From contig JBBSVQ010000001.1 of assembly GCA_038046725.1 (NCBI GenBank), positions 187,780 to 251,779 of the forward strand: a stretch of 64,000 nt of DNA. The letters run 5' to 3'. The position numbers and the translations under genes were made by a program. Positions 46,249 to 54,645 of the stretch are shown here, in pieces. Below the pieces are notes generated by a model. The model ran no database searches. It was given only the letters and a program-made list of their open reading frames with translations, and was not told the DNA's origin. This DNA is from Thermoplasmatota archaeon (GTDB taxonomy: Archaea > Thermoplasmatota > E2 > JACPAO01 > JAHFTW01). Position 1 is the first letter of the stretch. Each line of letters begins with the position of its first letter.

Positions 46249-46730
46249 CCTGATCCATCAGGTACTACCAATTGGACGCGGCACAGGTATGCCCAGGCCT
46301 TGTCGATTTCTCCCCGAACATGCGGCTTGATCATTGCAATGTGGTCGAGCAATGCATTGCTGGGCATTCCAGGATTTTTCGACAGAACTTGCAGCATGCT
46401 AGTTGCGGCCTCCAATCCAAATGAGCCGAGCTCAATGCCCTGAACTGCGAGAGTAATGCGTGCATCGTTCGCTAATTCTGGTTGGAGTTCCGGTTCTAAT
46501 TCGGGCCAGGCGTAGTACTCGCGCGCAAGGGCAGGACTGTACACGCCGCGAAGATGAGACCCGTAGGAGAAATTGGCTTCCGGATAACCCAGCGCTTTCA
46601 GCAAGAAGGTGGCCTTTTGTGTTAGGAGACGGGATTCAAACGTCTGCTTCCCAAAGACCGCCTTGCTGGCGGCGGCAAGGTGACCCAATATCCCGTCAAG
46701 ATGCAGCGCCACGAGCGAAGGACCTGCCAA
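46224..46730 (-). CDS. Panacea/SocA/YwgA-like wHTH antitoxin-type protein
   Basis: FESRLLTQK..FLL...G....FSY..HLRGVYSPALA matches the R..LQK...GPYS pattern, with a later LEAATS. Confidence 0.6.
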   Translation of the reverse strand: MAGPSLVALHLDGILGHLAAASKAVFGKQTFESRLLTQKATFLLKALGYPEANFSYGSHLRGVYSPALAREYYAWPELEPELQPELANDARITLAVQGIELGSFGLEAATSMLQVLSKNPGMPSNALLDHIAMIKPHVRGEIDKAWAYLCRVQLVVPDGSGWRTIRPV

Positions 46731-46837
46731 GGGGTTAGTAGAGTTGACGAAGGGATTGTAGCAAAGCCGGAGGCGAGCCGTTCAGACCCATTATCTCTGG
46801 ATGTCGCCGAGCCTACCACTAGATGGCTTGAGAACGT

Positions 46838-47188
46838 CTAGCGCTGCGCGATGCGCGCGGCATGATACTGGACGGTGGTTGATGATACCCCCAATTGGCG
46901 GGCAAGGGCCCGTCGACTCAGAGTCGGATTCGCAGCCAATGCTTCCCGAACCAGTTCACTCGTTTCTTCTACCGGCCTTCGAAGGACCTTGGTTCCCTTG
47001 GATGTCAGGATGGTGCGCACAAGGCGCCCATCGCGCCAGCGCATCGCCAACCCGTCGCGTTCCAAACGTCGCAGGGCCTGATGAGCGCCAGGTTGTGAGA
47101 TACACGCGAACTGGGCATAGTCCAAATCCAGCGCCCCGGGATGGTCTGATAGAAACGCGAGGGCCCTCCGCTGTGCGTCCCCAGCCAC
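46838..47188 (-). CDS. Small tandem winged-HTH protein
   Basis: ISQPGAHQALRRLERDGL...LTSKG and NPTLSRRALARQLGVSSTTVQYH. Confidence 0.72.
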   Translation of the reverse strand: MAGDAQRRALAFLSDHPGALDLDYAQFACISQPGAHQALRRLERDGLAMRWRDGRLVRTILTSKGTKVLRRPVEETSELVREALAANPTLSRRALARQLGVSSTTVQYHAARIAQR

Positions 47189-47590
47189 AACGTTGACAGC
47201 GCGGACGGCTTCATAATCTGTCTAGCACACCCGCTGGTGTACGCCACCGGTAGCGCCTTTGCGTGGCACTGCGAGAAACCAGGCGCACGGTCATGAGTAG
47301 TTCGTGGGCTTGCTGGGCATCAGAAAGTGCCTCGCCGGTTAGTCCCAAAAACAGAAGGCAGCCGCATGACCGCGGTCTCGCTAGCGGGACCGGGCGCTGA
47401 TCCAGGCGCTGGCGACTTGGGCCAGAACACCGACCATGCCGATGGCGAACGCCTAGGCAATCTTGTTCACAGATTTCCTCCTCAAGGACTAGGCCAGCCA
47501 CCGTCGAGGCGGTCTCAAGTAGTTGGTCACGAACTGTTCAAAGCCACCATCGGACACTCGTTGGCCTTGAGTGCGTGGGCACGGTGCACG

Positions 47591-50500
47591 TCAGTCCGAG
47601 ACCACCGACCACCTGGCGGGGCTTGGTGCCTCGGGCGGCTTGGGGAACAGCGTCAGCCGCCCCGACGGCACCTGCCAAGGCGAGACCCCCCTAAGGGTCC
47701 GGCTATCGGGCGCGCCCTCCACGGCTGCCCCGGCGGGGACTGGAAGGTCGCCCACCCCCAAACGCCACGCGATGAGGTCGGGGACCTGGGCGGCGGCATA
47801 CAGCTTCCATTGCCCGTCCGCCCGGCCGACGGGCCACATGGGCACGTCCCCGCCGAACACGACGCCGAAAGCTGCCGGTGCCCGCCGTGGGCCGACTACG
47901 GAGAAGACCGCATGCTGGAACGTCAGCGATCCTCGCATTCCCGGAGCAGCGCTGCCCTGGAGCGTGTGGCCGTCCTTCTTTGCGACGAACTGGTCGCCAC
48001 TGGCCTGGACGGTCCACCCGGCTGAGCCGAGCGCACGGGCGATGTGCGGCAAGGAGGAAGTCCAAAGTTCTCGGCTGGCGGTGGTGCCGGGGCGGCGGTT
48101 GCTCCACACCTGGGAAAGCGCCCTTTCCTGGACGTTGCGCCGGGCTTCTTGGAGGGCCTGCCAGGGGTCCATGGTGGGCCCCGCATCCTCGCCTAGCCGG
48201 GTCCGCACCTCGTTCCGGATGGCGTCCGCTACAATCTGCGGGCATTCTCCGACGGCCAGCTCGTAGTCCTCGCGGCGGGCCATGAGCCGGCCGTACATCC
48301 GGGCCTCGACGCTGTTGGGATACCAGAGGTTGACAACGTCGACCTGGGGAGCCCTCTGGCCCAAGCGCGCCACACGCCCAATCCGTTGCTCGAGACGGGC
48401 AGGGTTCCAGGGCACGTCCACGTTGATGACGACGCGGGCAGCCTGTAGGTTCAGGCCTTCGCTGGCCGCGTCCGAGCAGAACACCACCTTCGCAAGCCCC
48501 TCTTCCAGAGCTGCGCGGACCGTCTCCTTCGAGGCACGAGTACGCTGGCCGGAGGACGCCACGAAGGCGTCCTGCCCAGTGTACTTGGCGAAGCCGACGT
48601 CGGGGAACCATTCCTCGAAGGCCTGGATGCACCTGTCGACTGTGTCGGTGTAGCGCGAGAAGACCAGCACTTGGTCACGTTCCAAGTACGACGCCAGCAG
48701 CTGGCGGAGCTCCCTCATCTTTGGGTCAGGTTCCTGCTCGTCCGCATGCAGCACGTCGAGGCGTTCAATCAGGTCCTTGATGTAGACGGCCTCGGCCTGC
48801 TTGGCGGTGGCCACTTCGGCAGGGTCGACCGCGGCGCTAGGGGCGGTGCCTTCGAGGCCTGGGTCCTCGTCGGTGTCGTCGTCCTCTTCGTCGAGCCCCG
48901 ACTCGACGCCAGCTGCGATGCTGTCGAGCCGTTGCATCCGCTTGAGCAGGCTGATGCGGGCCGCGTAGAGGCTCGATGCCAGCCTTTGCTGGTAGGAGCA
49001 TCTCGCGAAGCCGAGCGAAAGCGGCCGGTCCGGGTGCGCGGCCTGCTCGACGCGGCCGTAAGCACGAGACAGGTACTCGTCGACGCTGCGGTAGAACTCC
49101 ACGACTCCCGGGTCGACCTTGGCAATCGGAGCATGCAGGCGCCTTTCGGGGAACCGGTAACCGAACTTCTCGAGCACCTTCCTGGTGTTCCTGATCGTCA
49201 GTAGCGAAGCGGGGTGGGCATCGACCAGAAGAGGGTAAACCTCAGGCCAAGCAGCCCTTGCTTTGATCGTCGCCTGGGCATTGGCCGAATCCTGTGACGC
49301 AAGGGTCTTGGCTGTCGTGGTGGCACCGCTTGCCGGCTGCCAGCCGTAGTCCTTGCGCGCTTGGGCAAGCCACTTCAGGCTCCACTTGGCGTCCTCGAGC
49401 GTCGGCAGCGCGGCGCCGAGCGCCAGCACGCGGAGCGAACGTGCGTACTCGCCTTCACCCTTGACCGGGTCGGTCCAGGCCTGCGGAAGGCCAAGGAGGC
49501 GCAGCAGTGCGTGGAACTCGGCCGGTTCCAACTGGACCGGTGTCGCCGTGAGCAGCAGCAGGTGCGGCACCTTGGTCGCGACGGTGTCGAGCGTGCGCCA
49601 CAGCAAGGTCGGGCGCAACGTGCCGTCGAGGTCGCGTCGCACTCGCGCCGCATGGGCTTCGTCGACGACCATGAGGTCTGGCAGATGCGCCCCAGACAGG
49701 AGGTTCCCTCCGTCGCGGCTGCCGCGGACCAACTGCGCTGACACCAGGCGAAGCGCGGGCGAACCTTTGCCCAGCGGGTGGTCGCTCGGCGCCCGGTGGA
49801 AGCGCCCGTCGGGGTCCACGTAGGCCTTGGCCCCGGAATCGTACCGCCAGAAGCTGAGCCCGAAATGGTGCTGCATCTCTTCCTGCCACTGGCGCATCAC
49901 GTTCTTCGGGGCAAGAATCGTGACGCTCGAGACGGCCTTGGTTCGAAGGAGGTGGGCAATCGCAGCGCCGGCCTCCAAGGTCTTGCCGAGGCCGACCTCG
50001 TCTGCCAGCAGGGCGCGGACGGGCCATCTTCCTAAGCAGTCGAGGAAAGCGCGTTCCTGGTGGGGGAACAGGGCCGACGGGCCCAAGTTGAGAGAGCCAA
50101 GCAGCGGGCTCTCGCGGAAGAACCTGTCAAGCACGGAAGTCCTCGGCGAGGCCTTCGACTGGGCCACGGGCTGGTGCTCGGTCTCGCCGAGGGCGGCCAG
50201 CAGGTGGTTCGCAAACTCCTGGTCAAGGACTCGGACCGCAACGTCCTCGCGGCGACCTTGCCAGATCTGCTCGAAGCTGTCCACGCGCTCCCTCGTCTGG
50301 GCGGGTTCCTCCCAGGAACGGAAGACGTTGAGCTCCTCGTAGTTGGTGGCCATCCCTGGCACGGTCTCGTTGGCGCTGCCACTGGCGGCCACGATGTCGC
50401 CGCCGGCGTCGGTGAAGAGCAGCCGCTTGCTGTGGAAGATTCCGGTTCGTCCGTAAGGGACGGCCACACGTACCTGGAGCAGCCCTTCCTTCATCATCCA

Positions 50501-50851
50501 GGCAACGGTCGCGATGCGGTTCCGCGACAATTCGTCACGAAGGGTCGCCACGCTGTCAAGGAGGCGCTGCCCGACGGCCGCCATGATTTCCTCAGGCGGC
50601 GGCGAGCCAGCGGCTTTTGCCAGGTCAGCGGGCACGTCGTGGACGCCCAGGACGAGGCGCATCTTCCCGCGCCTGCGCCACAGCCCTTCGAGGCCATCGG
50701 CGATCGCGACCAGAGCGGTGACATTGAAGAAGCCGGTCAGCCGGTCGTAGGCGACGGCTTCGGCGAGCGCGGGTTGCACCAACCCTTGCAGGAGAACATC
50801 GGCGCGCCCTTCGTAGAAGGAACGGAGGCCCAGGCCGCGTAGCCCTGCCAA
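47591..50851 (-). CDS. SNF2/RapA-type helicase with an N-terminal PLD-like nuclease domain
   Basis: YDRLTGFF, FHSK.....D....SGSANET (HKD), LLADEVGLGKT, VDEAH, LTATP, SEGLNLQ, PWNPARLEQRIGRV. Probable TTG start at 50851 after a GGTGA SD. Confidence 0.88.
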   Translation of the reverse strand: MAGLRGLGLRSFYEGRADVLLQGLVQPALAEAVAYDRLTGFFNVTALVAIADGLEGLWRRRGKMRLVLGVHDVPADLAKAAGSPPPEEIMAAVGQRLLDSVATLRDELSRNRIATVAWMMKEGLLQVRVAVPYGRTGIFHSKRLLFTDAGGDIVAASGSANETVPGMATNYEELNVFRSWEEPAQTRERVDSFEQIWQGRREDVAVRVLDQEFANHLLAALGETEHQPVAQSKASPRTSVLDRFFRESPLLGSLNLGPSALFPHQERAFLDCLGRWPVRALLADEVGLGKTLEAGAAIAHLLRTKAVSSVTILAPKNVMRQWQEEMQHHFGLSFWRYDSGAKAYVDPDGRFHRAPSDHPLGKGSPALRLVSAQLVRGSRDGGNLLSGAHLPDLMVVDEAHAARVRRDLDGTLRPTLLWRTLDTVATKVPHLLLLTATPVQLEPAEFHALLRLLGLPQAWTDPVKGEGEYARSLRVLALGAALPTLEDAKWSLKWLAQARKDYGWQPASGATTTAKTLASQDSANAQATIKARAAWPEVYPLLVDAHPASLLTIRNTRKVLEKFGYRFPERRLHAPIAKVDPGVVEFYRSVDEYLSRAYGRVEQAAHPDRPLSLGFARCSYQQRLASSLYAARISLLKRMQRLDSIAAGVESGLDEEDDDTDEDPGLEGTAPSAAVDPAEVATAKQAEAVYIKDLIERLDVLHADEQEPDPKMRELRQLLASYLERDQVLVFSRYTDTVDRCIQAFEEWFPDVGFAKYTGQDAFVASSGQRTRASKETVRAALEEGLAKVVFCSDAASEGLNLQAARVVINVDVPWNPARLEQRIGRVARLGQRAPQVDVVNLWYPNSVEARMYGRLMARREDYELAVGECPQIVADAIRNEVRTRLGEDAGPTMDPWQALQEARRNVQERALSQVWSNRRPGTTASRELWTSSLPHIARALGSAGWTVQASGDQFVAKKDGHTLQGSAAPGMRGSLTFQHAVFSVVGPRRAPAAFGVVFGGDVPMWPVGRADGQWKLYAAAQVPDLIAWRLGVGDLPVPAGAAVEGAPDSRTLRGVSPWQVPSGRLTLFPKPPEAPSPARWSVVSD

Positions 50852-50855
50852 TGTC

Positions 50856-51665
50856 TCACCGACCGAGCGCGTCCAGGACTGCGTCGCAGAACGCCTGGTC
50901 ACCGTCCGGCGACTTCCGCTTCACGGCACCGGCGTCCGCGAGCTGCGACAGCAGGTCCGTGAGGAAGCCCAGCTGCGGACCAGAGAACGGCTTGCCCGTG
51001 TTGTTCTCCTGGTACCCGCGCTTCTTCGCGAAGTCGCCCAACGCTCCTCGTGCCTTCGGCGTTAGCACGTTGTACTGGGCGGCCTTCTTTGCCATGTGCC
51101 AGATGGCCTTCGACGGAAGGTTCGCGACGCGCTCCTCCTCGGAGGGACCTGTGATACCCCTGACTGCGGCCAAGGCCGTCAGATGCGGGCTGCGGCCGGC
51201 CGGCATGCCGTCGACAGCTGCCAGCACCTCGCGCAGCTGGGCGGGCTCAAGTCCGATGATGTCGAGCCAGGTCGTCTTCGGCGGTGGAGCGCGGTCCAGG
51301 ATGGCCAGGATCTCCTCGGGTTCGGCCCCCAGCTGCAGGACCGCGTAGACTTCGGCCTCGGTCGCGCCGACCCATTTGGCAGCCTGGTCGATGTCCAGGC
51401 CGGAGACGGTGTACGTCGCAGAAACCCGTTCGAGGTAGCCCTTGAACGGGTTGCTGGGCGACCGCCAGGCCTCGATGAACGCCTCGATGCGGCCACCGGA
51501 GCCAGACCCCGGAAGGGGCGGGAGCGCCGGTGGAGCCGCAAGGAGAGCAGGGGACGCTTTGGGAGGGGCGACCTTCGCTGCGTGCTTGGGCGTGGACCTG
51601 CTGGGCTTCTCCGATTCCCGCTTCGCCTTGGCGGGGGCCTTCTTCTTGCCGAACACGTCACTCAC
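50856..51665 (-). CDS. Hypothetical protein with a ParB-like HTH segment
   Basis: K/P/A-rich N-terminus, then GLDIDQAAKWVGATEAEVYAVLQL..EPEEI. Tightly coupled to both neighbours. Confidence 0.7.
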   Translation of the reverse strand: MSDVFGKKKAPAKAKRESEKPSRSTPKHAAKVAPPKASPALLAAPPALPPLPGSGSGGRIEAFIEAWRSPSNPFKGYLERVSATYTVSGLDIDQAAKWVGATEAEVYAVLQLGAEPEEILAILDRAPPPKTTWLDIIGLEPAQLREVLAAVDGMPAGRSPHLTALAAVRGITGPSEEERVANLPSKAIWHMAKKAAQYNVLTPKARGALGDFAKKRGYQENNTGKPFSGPQLGFLTDLLSQLADAGAVKRKSPDGDQAFCDAVLDALGR

Positions 51666-53103
51666 CTGCCGCCGCGTTGAGCCACAGGTTGCGGATGCGA
51701 CGGGCCTCGTCCGGAGGGTAGCCCTTTTCCCGTTCGAGGAAAAGCGCGAGCGAGTCGGACATCGCCAGGAACATTAGCAGCTTCTTGTCCTCGATGTACT
51801 TCACGAGCTTCGAGGAGCTGTTCACGACGGCCTGCAGTTCGCTGCCGCGCTCGGACTCGTACATGTAGGACCAGGGCGTGATGCTCTCGCCGAGGTCTTC
51901 CATCGTGTAGGTCAAGGTCAGCGGTCCGTCAGGGAGGTGGACCTTGTTCGCGTCGACGGTGACTTCCTTTCCCTGGTCGACCTGGACGGCAGGCCCCTTC
52001 CCGGCACCGGGCTCCGCAAAGGCCCCGTCGCCCTGCGCTGCCGTGCCGTCGGGCGCCTTGAACATGGAGGAGAGGACCTTGCCTGCGGCCAACGCCTGCT
52101 GCGCCCCTTGGATGGCGCGAGCGAAGCGGGTGCGGTCGCCCCGGCCACGGATCGTCGTGGCGCTGGCCTTCTCGAAGACCTTCATCTTCTCCTTCATGAC
52201 GTCCGTGGCCGCGCGCCACTCTGCGCTCTGCTTGGCGAAACCTTGCTTGTTGAAGTTCACCGGAACGAAGTCCACGTGCATCTCGCCGACGATGCGGGAG
52301 TTCATTGTATGGACGCGGAACCAGTCCTTGTTCCAGGGCTCCACCAGCTGGTTCAGCTTGTAGAGGTTGATCCCGAACTTGTCGTCGTTGTGGGTGATCT
52401 TGTCGAGGCCGACCCAGCCGTGCACCCTCCATTCGCCGCGCGGCCCGCACTTCTCGTCGATCTCGAAGCGTTTGTCCTCGATGAGGCTGTACGCCTTGGG
52501 AAGCACCACGTCGTTGCCCACGCGGAAGACGTCGCCCCGCTCGATGTGGGGCTTGTAGGCGTGGCCCAGCTGTTCCACGACCGCCCCGCGCATCGTGTCG
52601 GGTTGGCGTAGGTTCCGTACCACGATGGCCGTGCCATGCGCCCGGCCTTCGAGGGGACCGTCCTTGTCGGGCTTGCCCGCATGGATCACATGCTTCCACC
52701 GGACGCCGCTCTTCTGCTTGGCCCGCGCGCGCCACTCGTCAAGGTCGAAGGTCACCGAGTATTCGACGTCCTTGCCGTCGGGGCGAGTGTGGATCTCCCA
52801 GATGCGGCCTAGCGAAGCGCAGGCGGTCTTCATGCCAAGGCCGTAGACGCCCTTGCGCCCCTTCCGCGGAAGGAAGTCGTCCATGTTGACGCCGAGCCTG
52901 ACCGCTTCCGTCAGGATGTCCTGCTCCATGCCGGTGCCGTTGTCGACCACGACGATGCGGTCCCTGGCGAGGGTGACGTCCACCTCAATCGGCGTGTCGC
53001 CGACGCGCGCGTCGATGCTGTTGGCGACGAGCTCCACGATGGCCTCGGGGACCTTGAAGTTCGTAGCCCCAATCTTGTCGAGCATCGACTCGTCCGGAGT
53101 CAT
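51658..53103 (-). CDS. MORC/HSP90-like GHKL ATPase (HATPase_c_3 plus S5-like domain)
   Basis: EAIVELVANSIDA, DNGTGM, GVYGLGMKTA, HGT. The start is uncertain (ATG 53103 or GTG 53178). TTTTAAG box at about 53191-53197. Confidence 0.88.
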   Translation of the reverse strand: MTPDESMLDKIGATNFKVPEAIVELVANSIDARVGDTPIEVDVTLARDRIVVVDNGTGMEQDILTEAVRLGVNMDDFLPRKGRKGVYGLGMKTACASLGRIWEIHTRPDGKDVEYSVTFDLDEWRARAKQKSGVRWKHVIHAGKPDKDGPLEGRAHGTAIVVRNLRQPDTMRGAVVEQLGHAYKPHIERGDVFRVGNDVVLPKAYSLIEDKRFEIDEKCGPRGEWRVHGWVGLDKITHNDDKFGINLYKLNQLVEPWNKDWFRVHTMNSRIVGEMHVDFVPVNFNKQGFAKQSAEWRAATDVMKEKMKVFEKASATTIRGRGDRTRFARAIQGAQQALAAGKVLSSMFKAPDGTAAQGDGAFAEPGAGKGPAVQVDQGKEVTVDANKVHLPDGPLTLTYTMEDLGESITPWSYMYESERGSELQAVVNSSSKLVKYIEDKKLLMFLAMSDSLALFLEREKGYPPDEARRIRNLWLNAAAGE

Positions 53104-53243
53104 GTCGATGGAGATGTCCTTGGAATCACGCGGGATTGAAATCGACCACCATGCCCCAGTTACGGAAGCGCCAAGCACTGAACGGCCTTGCTTAAAAGGA
53201 AGCGGTGGGCCGCAATTATGGCAGGTGGGAGGCCGCCGACGGC

Positions 53244-54038
53244 TTACGCGGCAAGCGCCGCCACGTACTGCTCCCGTTGGCTCCAAGGGACCGGCGTGAT
53301 GGCATAGTTGCGCAGGGCCTGCAAGGCAGTGGGCGACGCCGGCTTCTCGATGTCGTTCACAAGAACGTAGGCGTCGGTCTCCTGGGACCGAGCTTCGCGC
53401 GTATCCTGCCAAGAGAAAATCGCCGCTTCGATTGTGTTCTTGTTCGTGCCGTTGAGCGCGCGCAAGGCGCGCTCTGGTGCCTTGGGCGACTTCGGGATGA
53501 TGAAGTCGAAGTGGTGCGTGTACCCGCTGCGGCCCGAAAGGCGCGAATTGTATACGTAGCGGATTTTGTGGCCATCGAGCCAGGCGGCGACGTCCTCGAC
53601 GAACATCTGCGCGACGTTCGGCTGGGCCATGTAGAACATGTCGCCGACGGCGAGCATAGCCTGCACGATGTCGTGCTTCTTCATGGGGAAATCCCCGGCG
53701 CCCGCGAAAACCTCGAGGCGGTGCTTGTCGCTGCGCTTGACCCCGAATCCATTGAGCACTTCATCGAGGACTGCAAGACGGTGCTTGCCGGCCATCTTGA
53801 AGCCAGACATGGCAAGGTCGTTCAGCACGTAGCCGTCGTCGTGGAGGAGGAATCCCTTGTCGACCTTCTGCACGTAGATCTGTAGCATGTCGTTGTGGCG
53901 GTCGAGGTACGGGGTGGTAATCTCCACGTTCGTGCCGATGTCGCGCAAGGCGGTGCTGTCGCGGAGCCATTTCCAGTGCGCGTCGAGCAGCTCCTTGATC
54001 TCCTCGCCCATGCTTGGCGGAGTGATGGGTTTGGCCAT
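53244..54038 (-). CDS. DUF1828/DUF1829 domain protein
   Basis: EITTPYLDRHND..QIY, DDGY.L.DL, F.EDV, GRSG..H.FDF.IP (PD-(D/E)xK-like C-domain). Confidence 0.85.
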   Translation of the reverse strand: MAKPITPPSMGEEIKELLDAHWKWLRDSTALRDIGTNVEITTPYLDRHNDMLQIYVQKVDKGFLLHDDGYVLNDLAMSGFKMAGKHRLAVLDEVLNGFGVKRSDKHRLEVFAGAGDFPMKKHDIVQAMLAVGDMFYMAQPNVAQMFVEDVAAWLDGHKIRYVYNSRLSGRSGYTHHFDFIIPKSPKAPERALRALNGTNKNTIEAAIFSWQDTREARSQETDAYVLVNDIEKPASPTALQALRNYAITPVPWSQREQYVAALAA

Positions 54039-54476
54039 TCAGACGAACCCCTGCTGGACCGGCAGCTTCCTGATGTTGCAGTAAGAAAGGAACTGCTCCA
54101 GGGTCTTCTGGACGTCGGTGGGGTGGGTGAACTCAGCGGGCAGCGGGTACGCCCATTTGTCGCCGAAGCCTTCGCGGTAGAGGTGCAGGTGCGGCGCGGG
54201 GACGACTTCGCCGTCGGGATTTCGGTGGGGTGCGCTGCCGAAGTCTAGGCGTGCGAGGATGACGGTCTGGCGGGCGCGGTTCTGGTAGGTGCCCTTGAGG
54301 TCGATGTTGGCGCGGCGGACGTCGAGCTGGAACTCCTCTTTCTCGCCCTCGGCGCGCAGGTCAATCTGCTGCAGGGTGCCGGGGTTGGGGAAGCTCAAGA
54401 CGTCCTTCTTGTCCACGGGGAACTTGGCCGCTTTCAGCAGGCGGTCTGCCCATTCCTGGTTCATCGGCGCCTCCAA
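54039..54476 (-). CDS. DUF6978-family protein
   Basis: EEF.LD.RR...K.TYQNRAR..ILARLD...PHRNPDG....PHLHLYREG.GDKWA. Confidence 0.8.
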   Translation of the reverse strand: MEAPMNQEWADRLLKAAKFPVDKKDVLSFPNPGTLQQIDLRAEGEKEEFQLDVRRANIDLKGTYQNRARQTVILARLDFGSAPHRNPDGEVVPAPHLHLYREGFGDKWAYPLPAEFTHPTDVQKTLEQFLSYCNIRKLPVQQGFV

Positions 54477-54645
54477 TGAGGCGCCTCCCCTCTGAAACCG
54501 TTTCGAGGTTGATCTAACCGGGCCAGCGCCTGTCCAGGCGTTTCATCCCTGTTGGGCGCTTGGGACGCCTTTATGCCCTTAGCGAGGCTCGCATCGTGAG
54601 CACTGGCCATCCTGTTTCGGGTTGGCTGATGCCGGAGCAGGACGC

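Noticed and set aside
47190..47590. Intergenic stretch as a gene or RNA
   Set aside because: There are only short interrupted frames and no recognisable RNA structure; it is possibly decayed coding DNA.
47591..50851. Calling the helicase part of DISARM, BREX or Pbe/Dnd
   Set aside because: No drmA/drmB, pglZ/brxC or dnd/pbe partner genes are recognisable in the window.
53127..53153. Short MVVDFNPA* frame suggesting a frameshifted start of the MORC ATPase
   Set aside because: In-frame alternatives exist (GTG 53178, ATG 53103) and there is no slippery site; this cannot be supported without homologue alignment.
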